20,022 bases of DNA from Candidatus Omnitrophota bacterium (GTDB taxonomy: Bacteria; Omnitrophota; Gorgyraeia; JABMRG01; JAFGKX01), in assembly GCA_020354945.1 (NCBI GenBank), contig CP070655.1:963402-983423 (forward strand), read 5' to 3'. The notes under the pieces are model-generated. The model saw only the letters and a program-made list of their open reading frames with translations, had not been told where the DNA came from and did not search any database. Shown here in pieces: positions 8,634 to 17,734 of this stretch; within the stretch, counting starts at the first letter, position 1; every line of letters starts with the position of its first letter. Position numbers and translations under genes: made by a program.

Positions 8634-9442
8634 TAAAACCTCCCTATAATAAAATAGCGTTAGTCTTAAGCGGAGGTTCAGCAAGAGGATTAGCCCACAT
8701 AGGGGTATTAAAGGTATTACATAAGGCAAAAATCCCTGTAGATTTGATACTTGGCACCAGCGTAGGCGCATTGGTAGGTGCTACATATGCACTTGGTATA
8801 CCAATTGAAAAAATAGAACAACTAGCCCTTAAAACCAGATGGTGGCATTTAACCGATTTTGTTATATCCAAGATTGGTTTTCTTGAGGGCAGGAATTTAG
8901 GAAGAATAATAATTGATGCTATTGAAAACAAAGGATTTGAAGACCTAAAAATACCGTTAGTTGTAGTTACGGCAGATATTGAGAATGGCCAGAGAGTGGT
9001 ACTAACCTCAGGTAATCTTGCAGAAGTTATAAGAGCAAGCTGTTCTTTGCCGGGCATTTTTATCCCTATAAGGATAAATGGCAGACTCTTAGTAGATGGC
9101 GGTTTGATAGATTCAGTGCCTGTGAGGGTTGCCCAGCAAATGGGAGCGAGTTTTATAATTGCATCTGATGTGGGCTTTTGTATAAAAAAGGAAAAAATTA
9201 CAAATATATTTCAGATGATATATCAATCTATCCAGATAGCAGGTAGCGAGCTAAATAAGTTTCAGGGGAAACTAGCAGACATAACCATAATGCCGCAGTT
9301 GCCGGGTGAAATAGACCAGATGGCTTTTGATAAAGCAGATTATATTATAAGTAAAGGCGAGGAGGCAGCAGCACAGACGCTCCCCTTGCTTCAAAGCAGA
9401 ATGGAACAAGCAGGGCTGATTGGTTCGGGAGGACAATCATGA
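8630..9442 (+). CDS. Patatin-like phospholipase (RssA/NTE family)
   Basis: 'LSGGSARGLAHIGV', nucleophile 'GTSVG', 'DGG'; ATGA overlap with the upstream gene. Confidence 0.92.
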   Translation: MIKPPYNKIALVLSGGSARGLAHIGVLKVLHKAKIPVDLILGTSVGALVGATYALGIPIEKIEQLALKTRWWHLTDFVISKIGFLEGRNLGRIIIDAIENKGFEDLKIPLVVVTADIENGQRVVLTSGNLAEVIRASCSLPGIFIPIRINGRLLVDGGLIDSVPVRVAQQMGASFIIASDVGFCIKKEKITNIFQMIYQSIQIAGSELNKFQGKLADITIMPQLPGEIDQMAFDKADYIISKGEEAAAQTLPLLQSRMEQAGLIGSGGQS

Positions 9443-10491
9443 ATACCATCGCCTTAGTTTCATTGATTATTTTAGCATCTATCGCATTACTTCTGTTTAT
9501 TATTATATTGAGGTTATTAACAACCAGAGGTAAAGAAGCTATTACAAAAGAGGCCTTGGGCGCTATTTCTGACATGGGCGCATTAAAGACATTGTTAAGT
9601 TCCGTTGAAAGCAATCAGAAGCTCCATAATCAGATTATGCAGGAAATGAAGGGTTTAATGTCCAGCGACTCAAAGGCTCAAGGACGTCTGCAGGAGCATA
9701 TTGAGCAGACTTTAAGAGGCGTTGAAAATATACGCCAGGCCAACGAAGATTTTAAACTGAGAGAACAGGAAAACAGGGAATCTTTAAGGAGAATGGAGAC
9801 GGTTATAGCCGGGACTAAACTAAAAGGCATCGCCGGAGAGAATATATTGAGGGAGACTTTAAGTTCATTTCCTCCGAGAATGGTGCAGTCAAATGTCAAG
9901 ATAAAAGGTAAAGAGGTCGAGTTCGGATTAATGCTGGCAAATAACAAAGTAATGCCCATAGATTCAAAGTGGCCATCGACTGAACTCCTGGAAGAATTTT
10001 CAAAACAGGAAGACGAATCTCAACGGGAAATGCTCGCCAAACAGATCCAAAAAGAGGTAATAAAGAGGGTGGATGAGGTCAGGCAATATATAGACCCTGA
10101 AACGACAACCCCCTGGGCCATAGCAGCCATACCCGATTCTGCCTATACACTCTGTAAAAGCGCCCACTTTGATGCTTATAAACAGAATGTGATACTGATT
10201 TCCTATAGCATGATTGCTCCATATCTTCTTATGTTTTTCAGCTTACATTTACAATATTATAGTTCCATCGATCTGGATAATTTAACGCATTATCTTCTGG
10301 ATATAAGAAGGCATATTGAAAAGATGTCCGAGATATTGGAAAATAAGATATACCGCGGCTCTACAATGATAGCTAACGCCTCTGATGAATATCGCCAGAT
10401 TATAGGTTCTATCAAAGGCTCCATCTCGGCCATAGAAACCCAAAGGTCTTTGGAAGATAACGATAGTAAAAGCATTAAACAAATATCATGA
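9439..10491 (+). CDS. rmuC: DNA recombination protein RmuC family
   Basis: N-terminal TM, coiled coil, then 'KGIAGENIL', 'MPIDSKWP', 'QYIDPETT'; ATGA overlap. Confidence 0.8.
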   Translation: MNTIALVSLIILASIALLLFIIILRLLTTRGKEAITKEALGAISDMGALKTLLSSVESNQKLHNQIMQEMKGLMSSDSKAQGRLQEHIEQTLRGVENIRQANEDFKLREQENRESLRRMETVIAGTKLKGIAGENILRETLSSFPPRMVQSNVKIKGKEVEFGLMLANNKVMPIDSKWPSTELLEEFSKQEDESQREMLAKQIQKEVIKRVDEVRQYIDPETTTPWAIAAIPDSAYTLCKSAHFDAYKQNVILISYSMIAPYLLMFFSLHLQYYSSIDLDNLTHYLLDIRRHIEKMSEILENKIYRGSTMIANASDEYRQIIGSIKGSISAIETQRSLEDNDSKSIKQIS

Positions 10492-11474
10492 GCATCGCAA
10501 AAAGAAAATTATATCTATTCTTAAGGATATTTATCAGTCTTTCGTTAATAGGTCTATTATTTTGGATGATGAGAGGTGACCTTGGCCGGATAGTCCTTAC
10601 TATAAAAAATGCAAATTTAATCTTTTTAATCTTCGCTTTTTTATTATACGTTTTTGCTGTTGTTATTATGGGGCTCCGGCTGATAAAAGTTTTATCTGTT
10701 CAGGATATCCGGCTTACCATTAAAGAAGGAACATACCTTTGTTTTTTAGGTTATTTTTTTAATAATTTTTTCCCAACATCTATCGGCGGAGATGTAATAA
10801 AGGCCTATTATGCCGGGAAAAAATTTAATAGAAAGGGGGCTGCTTTCAGCGGCGTGCTTATGGACAGGCTACTGGCAATGCTCCCTTTTACCCTTATACC
10901 AACTTGCGCACTTGTATTTATGTATAAAAAAATAGATAATCCGGCGATAATTTATTTTGTTGCAACTATGTTTGTATTGACTTTGTTATTGCTGGTAATC
11001 CTTCTAAATAAAAGGATAGCTTTGCTCTTTAGTTTTTTGATTAAACCATTTAAGTCTAAAGGGATTTATCAGAAGATTATCAAGGCCTATGATTCATTAA
11101 ACATCTACCGGCATCATAGAATAGTGCTTGCCTGGAGCTTTTCACTCTCTTCGATATCTCAAGTATTATTCGTAATATCCTTTTTTTTCTTAGCAAGGTC
11201 TGCCGGTGTCGATAACGTCCAATTAGGCATATTTTTCTTATTGGTCCCCATTGTAGGCGTGATTGCAATGTTGCCATCTGTAAATGGACTCGGCGTAAGA
11301 GAAACAGGCATTGTATATATGTTTAAAGATTATATACCGGCTAGCACGGCATTTGCATTATCTTTATTGGTTTTGGCAGCGTTGTTAGGCCTTAGTTTAA
11401 TCGGCGCTTTTATCTATGCGTTTAAGAAAGATATTTACAGATTTAAACCAGAACCGGAAGGGGAGATATTATGA
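10488..11474 (+). CDS. Lysylphosphatidylglycerol-synthase TM domain / UPF0104 flippase-like membrane protein
   Basis: Multi-TM protein with 'GYFFNNFFPTSIGGDVIK', 'DRLL', 'LPSVNGLGVRE'. Confidence 0.85.
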   Translation: MSIAKRKLYLFLRIFISLSLIGLLFWMMRGDLGRIVLTIKNANLIFLIFAFLLYVFAVVIMGLRLIKVLSVQDIRLTIKEGTYLCFLGYFFNNFFPTSIGGDVIKAYYAGKKFNRKGAAFSGVLMDRLLAMLPFTLIPTCALVFMYKKIDNPAIIYFVATMFVLTLLLLVILLNKRIALLFSFLIKPFKSKGIYQKIIKAYDSLNIYRHHRIVLAWSFSLSSISQVLFVISFFFLARSAGVDNVQLGIFFLLVPIVGVIAMLPSVNGLGVRETGIVYMFKDYIPASTAFALSLLVLAALLGLSLIGAFIYAFKKDIYRFKPEPEGEIL

Positions 11475-11641
11475 TAGATAAAGAATTACTTAATATTCTG
11501 GCATGTCCTGTCTGCAAAGCAGATGTCAAACTTGAAGATGAAAAAATAGTCTGCACCAAATGCGGCAGGCATTACCCTATAAGAGACGGCATACCCATAA
11601 TGCTGATAGATGAGGCGGAAATACCGGATAAGCAGTTATAA
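11471..11641 (+). CDS. Trm112/YcaR-like zinc-ribbon protein (56 aa; not in ORF track)
   Basis: Manual translation MIDKELLNILACPVCKADVKLEDEKIVCTKCGRHYPIRDGIPIMLIDEAEIPDKQL*, with 'ILACP..K' and 'YPIRDGIPIML' signatures; ATGA overlap; SD GGGGAG upstream. Confidence 0.93.
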   Translation: MIDKELLNILACPVCKADVKLEDEKIVCTKCGRHYPIRDGIPIMLIDEAEIPDKQL

Positions 11642-11668
11642 GTTTTAAGTCATAAGTTGTAAGTATAG
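11634..11668. repeat. Degenerate heptamer tandem repeat (5 units, AGTNNTA)
   Basis: AGTTATA AGTTTTA AGTCATA AGTTGTA AGTATAG, running into the aroQ SD (AGGAG). Confidence 0.7.
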
Positions 11669-11678
11669 GAGAATCACA

Positions 11679-12122
11679 ATGAAGAAAATTCTGGTTATCC
11701 ATGGTCCGAATCTAAATTTACTTGGTGATAGAGAAACAAACATATACGGAAAAAATACTTTAGAAGATATAAATAATATGTTAAAAGAGGAAGCGACTTC
11801 TCTGAAGGTTGAGATTATACCATTTCAATCAAATCATGAAGGTGAAATAGTTCAGAAGATACAAGATGCAAAAAAAGATGGCATCAGCGCTATTTTAATA
11901 AATCCAGCTGCCTACACCCATACCAGCGTGGCTATAAGAGATGCTATAAGCGCAATAGATATCCCCATCATCGAGGTTCATCTTTCGAATATATATGCTC
12001 GGGAGGAATTCAGAAAAATTTCCCTTATTTCACCTGTTGCCGCGGGTGTCATCAGTGGTTTTGGTTGCCAGAGTTATATTTTTGGTCTAAGAGCAGCAGC
12101 AGAAATTGTCAAAAAAGCATGA
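11679..12122 (+). CDS. aroQ: Type II 3-dehydroquinate dehydratase
   Basis: '[17 protein letters not shown]', 'QSNHEG', '[16 protein letters not shown]', '[14 protein letters not shown]'. Confidence 0.97.
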   Translation: MKKILVIHGPNLNLLGDRETNIYGKNTLEDINNMLKEEATSLKVEIIPFQSNHEGEIVQKIQDAKKDGISAILINPAAYTHTSVAIRDAISAIDIPIIEVHLSNIYAREEFRKISLISPVAAGVISGFGCQSYIFGLRAAAEIVKKA

Positions 12123-13180
12123 ATCCCACCATTACAACCTTGCGTCAAAGCTTAAAACGCAAGAAACTAGATGCGATTTGTATCTCAAATCCTGCCAATG
12201 TTTCATACTTGAGTGGTTTTAAAGGAGATGATTCTTTTCTACTTATAGATAAGGACAAAGAAGCTCTGTTTATAACTGATTTTCGTTATCTTCAACAAGC
12301 CAAAAATGAAGTTAAAGATTTTAAAATTCTCATGTTTAGCCCGCCTTTAATAAATAAAATACCCAAATTAACTAAAAAGCACCATCTTAAAAAGATTGGC
12401 TTTGAGGCAGCCCACCTAAATTTTGACAATGTAAGAAAATTAAATATTAAACGAGAGTGTAAATTTATATCTACCGATGGATTAATAGAAAGATTTCGGC
12501 TCAATAAGACTAAACCAGAAATAAAAGTTATTAAAAAGTCTGCCGATATAGCTGTCAGCGCTCTTAAAAAGACAATCAATTATATAAAAGTGGGAATGAT
12601 GGAACTTGAGGTAGCCGGATATTTAGAATGGCGCATGAGAAAACAAGGCGCTGAGAGAATAGCATTCCCTACAATAGTTGCATCTGGCATAAATTCCAGC
12701 ATGCCTCATGCTATTTCATCTAATAAAAAGATAAAGAAGAATGAGCCTATTATAATAGACTGCGGCTGCGTGTTTTTTGGTTATAATTCTGACTTGACAA
12801 GGACTATCTTCTTGGGTAGAATAGACGCTCAATTTAGACATATATATAGTATCATAAGGGAAGCTCAGCAAAAAGCCATCTCGAACATTCGCCCCGGCGT
12901 TAAGGTATCGAGCATTGATAAAGTCGCCAGAGACTATATCCGCAGAAAAGGTTTTGGAAAATATTTCGGGCATGCCACTGGCCATGGCATTGGCCGTAAA
13001 GTTCACGAGGCCCCTATAATTTCTTCAAAAAGCGGCAAAGCCTTAAAACCGGGGATGGTTTTTACGGTCGAGCCAGGGGTATATATACCCGGATGGGGGG
13101 GTATTAGAATTGAAGATATGGTACTCGTTACTGATAAGTCTTATAAGATACTAACTCATGATAAGTACAAATCAATTTAA
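12119..13180 (+). CDS. Xaa-Pro aminopeptidase/dipeptidase (M24B, YqhT/PepQ-like)
   Basis: 'YLSGF', 'TDFRY', 'IDCG...YNSDLTRT', 'HATGHGIG', 'VHEAP', 'TVEPGVY', 'GIRIED'. Start set to ATG 12119 (ATGA overlap with the aroQ stop). Confidence 0.93.
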   Translation: MNPTITTLRQSLKRKKLDAICISNPANVSYLSGFKGDDSFLLIDKDKEALFITDFRYLQQAKNEVKDFKILMFSPPLINKIPKLTKKHHLKKIGFEAAHLNFDNVRKLNIKRECKFISTDGLIERFRLNKTKPEIKVIKKSADIAVSALKKTINYIKVGMMELEVAGYLEWRMRKQGAERIAFPTIVASGINSSMPHAISSNKKIKKNEPIIIDCGCVFFGYNSDLTRTIFLGRIDAQFRHIYSIIREAQQKAISNIRPGVKVSSIDKVARDYIRRKGFGKYFGHATGHGIGRKVHEAPIISSKSGKALKPGMVFTVEPGVYIPGWGGIRIEDMVLVTDKSYKILTHDKYKSI

Positions 13181-13715
13181 AAATGGCCTGACAATTTTAC
13201 ATGAAGGTAAGATTTTTCAGATTATAGAGTTTCAACACATAAAGCCCGGAAAGGGCGGGGCCTTCGTCCGAACAAAATTAAGAAATTTAAAAAACAATGC
13301 TGTTATTGATAAAACATTTAAAGCAGGCCAGAAGTTTGATACCGCATATATCGAACAGCAAAAGATTCAGTATCTTTATAATTCCGGAGATAGCTATTTC
13401 TTTATGAATACCGAAAATTATGAACAGATTAACATAGATAAATCCGCACTGGGAAGCTCGGTAAATTTTTTAAAAGGCGGTTTAGAGATAACCGCTTCAT
13501 ATTCCAAAGGGAAACTTATAGATGTTAGCCTGCCTACATCTGTCAAACTAAGAGTCGAACATACCGAAGCGGGGCTGCGAGGCGATACAGCAAAGGCAGC
13601 CTATAAGCCTGCTACACTGGAAACAGGAGCGGTTATACAAGTGCCTTTATTTATAAAGCCACAAGATTTAATTAAAGTAGATACAAGGACCGGTAAGTAT
13701 ACAGGAAGGGTATAG
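13158..13715 (+). CDS. efp: Elongation factor P
   Basis: 'HIKPGKGGAFVRTKL', 'QYLY', 'GDTA', 'KPATLETG', 'VPLFI', 'KVDTRTG'; overlaps the upstream gene by 23 nt. Confidence 0.98.
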   Translation: MISTNQFKNGLTILHEGKIFQIIEFQHIKPGKGGAFVRTKLRNLKNNAVIDKTFKAGQKFDTAYIEQQKIQYLYNSGDSYFFMNTENYEQINIDKSALGSSVNFLKGGLEITASYSKGKLIDVSLPTSVKLRVEHTEAGLRGDTAKAAYKPATLETGAVIQVPLFIKPQDLIKVDTRTGKYTGRV

Positions 13716-13719
13716 AGAC

Positions 13720-13754
13720 AGTTTACAGTGCAGGATCAAACGCTGTAAACTTTT
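13720..13754 (+). other. Inverted repeat between efp and accB (weak terminator, stabilising hairpin or operator)
   Basis: AGTTTACAGTG (13720-13730) pairs with CGCTGTAAACT (13741-13751), 10-nt loop, followed by only a short T run. Confidence 0.5.
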
Positions 13755-13774
13755 CCGAGCAAAGTGAGGAAAAA

Positions 13775-14224
13775 ATGAATCTTAAAGAAATAAAAGAGAT
13801 GATTAATCTGATGAATGAAAATAATCTTAGCGAGATTGAAGTTGAGCGGAATGGTTTAAAGATAAAACTAAAAAGGGCGCCTGAGCCGGGCCGCGAGATA
13901 ATCGTTGAAGGTCCCCAAGTGGCTGCTAAACCAGCTGCTCCCGCTGAGAAAGGCGAAGCCCCGAAGGAAGCGGTAGAAAAAAAGCTGGTTGAAGTCAAAG
14001 CACCATTAGTAGGCACATTTTACAGGGCGCCGTCGCCTGAATCTGAACCATTTGTTGAGATAGGGCAGGAGATAGAGGTCGGGCAGGTAGTATGTATTAT
14101 CGAAGCTATGAAGCTTATGAATGAAATAAAGTCTGAAGTAAAGGGCAAAGTCATAGACATATTAGCCGAGAACGCCGACCCGGTGGAATACGGACAGATT
14201 TTATTCTTGATAGAACCAACATAA
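13775..14224 (+). CDS. accB: Acetyl-CoA carboxylase biotin carboxyl carrier protein
   Basis: '[13 protein letters not shown]'; biotinyl-lysine motif 'EAMKLMNEI'. Confidence 0.97.
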   Translation: MNLKEIKEMINLMNENNLSEIEVERNGLKIKLKRAPEPGREIIVEGPQVAAKPAAPAEKGEAPKEAVEKKLVEVKAPLVGTFYRAPSPESEPFVEIGQEIEVGQVVCIIEAMKLMNEIKSEVKGKVIDILAENADPVEYGQILFLIEPT

Positions 14225-14241
14225 GGGGACAGGTCCCAATA
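14225..14241. repeat. 17-nt palindromic intergenic repeat GGGGACAGGTCCCAATA, copy 2
   Basis: Identical to 7803-7819; fills most of the 19-nt accB-accC spacer. Confidence 0.85.
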
Positions 14242-14243
14242 AA

Positions 14244-15596
14244 ATGTTTTCAAAGATTTTAATTGCAAATAGAGGCGAGATTGCGCTACGTATAATTAGA
14301 GCATGCAAAGAATTGGGCATTAGGACCGTAGCGGTTTATTCGGAAGCCGATGTTAATTCTCTCCACGTAAAATTTGCAGATGAGGCCCTTTGTATAGGCG
14401 GTCCGCAGAGTTCCGAAAGTTATCTTAATATCCCCGCAATTATAAGCGCCGCAGAGATTACTGACGTAGAAGCCATTCACCCGGGGTATGGATTTCTGGC
14501 AGAAAATCCCCATTTTGCTGAGATTTGTGAGTCGTGCAATATAAAGCTTATCGGTCCCAGTCTCGAGAATATGAAATTGGTAGGCGATAAGATGGCAGCA
14601 AAACAGGCTATGAAAAAAGCCGGATTGCCTGTTATACCCGGAAGCGATTCTATTGTAAAGGATAAAGACGAGGCGTTAAAGATTGCAAAACGCATCAAAT
14701 ACCCAGTGTTTATAAAAGCTGCCGGCGGCGGCGGCGGCAGAGGCATGAGGATAGCCCATAATGACATTAGGCTGGCAAGCGCATTTTATATGGCTAGAAG
14801 TGAAGCTGAATCTGCCTTCGGCGTCGGCGATGTATATATCGAAAAATGCATAGAGGAACCTCGGCACATAGAATTTCAGATATTGGCAGATGAGGGCAAA
14901 AATCTGATACATCTCGGAGAAAGAGATTGTACAATACAGAGACGCCATCAAAAATTAATAGAAGAGTCGCCTTCACCGGCGCTGGATAGAAAAAAGCGAA
15001 AGAAGATGGGAGAGGCGGTTATAAAGGGCTTAAAACATATCCGCTATGTAAATGCCGGAACAGTCGAATTTTTGCTGGACAAGAATGGAAACTTTTATTT
15101 TATGGAAATCAATGCCCGGGTTCAGGTCGAACACCCTGTTACCGAGATGGTAACAGGTATCGATATTATAAAAGAGCAGATAAAAATAAGCTCAGGAAAA
15201 AAACTCGGCATAAGGCAGGAAAATATAAATTTTACCGGCCATGCCATAGAATGCAGGATAAATGCTGAAGATCCGGATAATAAATTCATGCCTGCCCCAG
15301 GCCGCATAGATACTTATCATACCCCCGGCGGAAGAGGCATTAGAGTAGATTCTCATGCATACGCCGGATATGATATCCCGCCTTATTATGACTCAATGAT
15401 AGCCAAATTAATAGCACATGGCAAGGATCGTAAAGAATCCATCTATATAATGCAAAGAGCCCTGGATGAATTCATTATTGAGCCGATTAAGACCACGCTA
15501 CCTTTTCACCAAAGGGTATTTAATGATGAGGTCTTTATAGAGGGCCGCATACATACAGGATATGTGGATAAACTTTTAGGTGAGCCGGAACTTTGA
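14244..15596 (+). CDS. accC: Acetyl-CoA carboxylase biotin carboxylase subunit
   Basis: '[11 protein letters not shown]', '[12 protein letters not shown]', 'GGGGRGM', '[12 protein letters not shown]', '[10 protein letters not shown]', 'YYDSMIAK'. Confidence 0.98.
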   Translation: MFSKILIANRGEIALRIIRACKELGIRTVAVYSEADVNSLHVKFADEALCIGGPQSSESYLNIPAIISAAEITDVEAIHPGYGFLAENPHFAEICESCNIKLIGPSLENMKLVGDKMAAKQAMKKAGLPVIPGSDSIVKDKDEALKIAKRIKYPVFIKAAGGGGGRGMRIAHNDIRLASAFYMARSEAESAFGVGDVYIEKCIEEPRHIEFQILADEGKNLIHLGERDCTIQRRHQKLIEESPSPALDRKKRKKMGEAVIKGLKHIRYVNAGTVEFLLDKNGNFYFMEINARVQVEHPVTEMVTGIDIIKEQIKISSGKKLGIRQENINFTGHAIECRINAEDPDNKFMPAPGRIDTYHTPGGRGIRVDSHAYAGYDIPPYYDSMIAKLIAHGKDRKESIYIMQRALDEFIIEPIKTTLPFHQRVFNDEVFIEGRIHTGYVDKLLGEPEL

Positions 15597-15630
15597 AGAC
15601 ACAGATGATCGCAGATAAAGGAGCTACACA

Positions 15631-16002
15631 ATGATAGAACAAAAGCGTAAAATAACCGATGTGGGCGATGTAAAAATTCATAATAATGCAATCAAGTCAA
15701 TAACCGAACTTACAGTTTCCAAGATTGCCGGCGTTGTCCGGATAAATAGAGGCCCGTTGAAAAAGATTTTAGACAGCACAGGAATAGGTAAGGTAATTAA
15801 AATAATGGACGGCATCAAGGTTGAATCCAATGAGTCAGGCACCAAAATAACATTGGATATCGTAGCTGCTTACGGGGTGGATATTTCGGAGATTGCAGCG
15901 AGAATCCAGGATGAAGTAAAACAAGCTGTAGAAAATATGACGGGTATTTCTTCGGCAGAAGTGGATGTTAATGTTACCGGCGTAGAACCGGAATCACAAT
16001 AG
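15631..16002 (+). CDS. Asp23/Gls24 family envelope stress response protein (YqhY-like)
   Basis: 'GDVKI', 'GIKVE', 'YGVDISEIAARIQDEVKQAVENMTG', 'VDVNVTGV'; position after accC as for Bacillus yqhY. Confidence 0.88.
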   Translation: MIEQKRKITDVGDVKIHNNAIKSITELTVSKIAGVVRINRGPLKKILDSTGIGKVIKIMDGIKVESNESGTKITLDIVAAYGVDISEIAARIQDEVKQAVENMTGISSAEVDVNVTGVEPESQ

Positions 16003-16012
16003 AAGTAATTGC

Positions 16013-16074
16013 CCCTCCGATGCTCCTATCCGTCGCATCGTACGGGAGGAATTTTGCTTCGCAAAATTTGGAGG
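16013..16074 (+). repeat. Two-hairpin structured intergenic element, copy 1 (ends in the SD of amaP)
   Basis: CCCTCC-GATGC-loop-GCATCG-TA-CGGGAGG-AATTTTGC-TTC-GCAAAATT-T-GGAGG; homologous to 17735-17820. Confidence 0.8.
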
Positions 16075-16080
16075 TAGAAA

Positions 16081-16668
16081 ATGAGACCATTGCAAACTCT
16101 TTCAATTGTCCTTTACACCGTTGTATTCATAATAATAGGCGCTGCACTTATCGCCATTTCTTTGGAACTTATTACTTTAGATCAAATAAAAGCCTTTTAT
16201 GAAACGTACAATTTGCAAACGAGCATTGGCCTGGCAGGGGTTGTCTTTATATTATTGGGGCTGCTGATTACCCATTTTACTTTTGGAGGCATTCAGAGAG
16301 AAAGAACCATAGCCTTTAATACCCCGGATGGACAGGTAGTCATATCTCTTTCTGCGATAGAGAATTTTATAAAAAAGCTGGCAAATCAGATACCTGAAAT
16401 AAAAGATATGCGCTCCAATGTAATTGCCAGCAAAAAAGGCGTTAATATATCAGCCAGGGTCTCTTTATGGTCGGATAGCAATATTCCGGATGTGACAGAA
16501 AAGATTCAAGGTATTATAAAAAATAAAGTTCAGGATATGTTAGGGATTGAGGAGCCAATAACGACTAAAGTGCACGTTGCAAAAATCGTTCATAGAGAAA
16601 GCTCCAAGTCAAAAAGCCCTAAGGAGGCAGCCGGAGTAACTCCGCAGCCCCCGTATAGGAACTTCTGA
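16081..16668 (+). CDS. amaP: Alkaline shock response membrane anchor protein AmaP-like
   Basis: Two N-terminal TM segments, 'GQVVISLSAIE', and an Asp23-like C-terminal domain 'IQGIIKNKVQDMLGIE...KVHVAKI'; adjacent to Asp23. Confidence 0.75.
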   Translation: MRPLQTLSIVLYTVVFIIIGAALIAISLELITLDQIKAFYETYNLQTSIGLAGVVFILLGLLITHFTFGGIQRERTIAFNTPDGQVVISLSAIENFIKKLANQIPEIKDMRSNVIASKKGVNISARVSLWSDSNIPDVTEKIQGIIKNKVQDMLGIEEPITTKVHVAKIVHRESSKSKSPKEAAGVTPQPPYRNF

Positions 16669-16691
16669 CGATAGAAGGGAGACATTAGACT

Positions 16692-17732
16692 ATGTCAGGT
16701 AAAAAAAGAATCGCAATACTTACAGGCGGAGGAGACTGCCCGGGTTTAAATGCGGTAATAAGAGCAGTAGCCAGAAAAAGTTTTACTTATGGCTATGAGG
16801 TTATAGGGATAAAGGACGGTTGGAAGGGATTGGTAGAAAACGATCCTGCAGTGCTCGACGATTACGCAATATCCGGTATTCTTCCTAAAGGAGGCACTAT
16901 ATTAGGAACCAGCAGGTTCAATCCATATAAGGAGAAACAGAACGTAGCTAAACTTAAGTCAAATTTTAAGAAATTAAACCTTTTTGCCTTAATTGCTGTC
17001 GGCGGAGATGATACGCTGGGCGTTGCAAATAAGCTGTATTTACAGGAGCATTTGCCGATTGTAGGCGTACCAAAAACTATTGATAATGACCTTTCAGCAA
17101 CCGATTTTACGTTTGGTTTTGATACAGCAATAAACATTGCTACAGAATGCATAGACCGGCTTCATACCACAGCAGAGAGCCATCACCGTGTAATTGTTGT
17201 CGAGATTATGGGAAGGCACTCCGGCTGGTTAACAGCATATGCAGGCATTGCAGGAGGCGCAGATGTTATACTAATACCGGAAGTGGCCATAGATATGAAA
17301 GAGGTTGTCAAGGCCTTAAAGGCCAGGCGAAAAAGAGGAAAGCCATTTAGCATAGTTGCAGTTGCCGAGGGGGCAGCATTCAAAAAGAGTAAGGAGATAT
17401 TGCAAGAGGAAAAACTCGATGCTTTTGGAAATGTTCGGCTTGGCGGCATTGGCCAGGTTTTGGCGGAAAAGATAGATAGGATGACGGGATTTGAGACCAG
17501 AACGGTGGTGCTGGGCCATATTCAAAGAGGCGGCACGCCTACAGCTATGGACAGGGTGCTTAGCACAAGATACGGAGTAAAGGCTGCCGAATTAGTTCAT
17601 CAAAGGAAATTTGGCTATATGGTCAGTTTGCGCGGCAACGAGATAAGGCCCGTTAAATTGCAGGAAGCAGTTGCCAAACCAAAGACGGTTGATAAGGAAC
17701 TATATAATGTTGCAAAGGTATTCTTTGGCTAA
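16692..17732 (+). CDS. pfkA: 6-phosphofructokinase, PfkA family (group III-like), predicted pyrophosphate-dependent
   Basis: 'GGGDCPGLNAVIR', 'GGTILGTSR', 'GGDDT', 'PKTIDND', 'TTAESHHR', 'EIMGRH', 'LGHIQRGG'. Confidence 0.93.
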   Translation: MSGKKRIAILTGGGDCPGLNAVIRAVARKSFTYGYEVIGIKDGWKGLVENDPAVLDDYAISGILPKGGTILGTSRFNPYKEKQNVAKLKSNFKKLNLFALIAVGGDDTLGVANKLYLQEHLPIVGVPKTIDNDLSATDFTFGFDTAINIATECIDRLHTTAESHHRVIVVEIMGRHSGWLTAYAGIAGGADVILIPEVAIDMKEVVKALKARRKRGKPFSIVAVAEGAAFKKSKEILQEEKLDAFGNVRLGGIGQVLAEKIDRMTGFETRTVVLGHIQRGGTPTAMDRVLSTRYGVKAAELVHQRKFGYMVSLRGNEIRPVKLQEAVAKPKTVDKELYNVAKVFFG

Positions 17733-17734
17733 GT

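Noticed and set aside
14722-14738. (GGC)n run in accC
   Set aside because: It encodes the conserved Gly-rich ATP-grasp loop AGGGGGRG.
15599-15618. ACACAGATGA TCGCAGATAA two-unit repeat before asp23
   Set aside because: Only two imperfect units; it resembles CAGAT-type short repeats but cannot be distinguished from chance here.
16680-16693. AGACATT AGACTAT heptamer pair before pfkA
   Set aside because: Only two units; too short to support.
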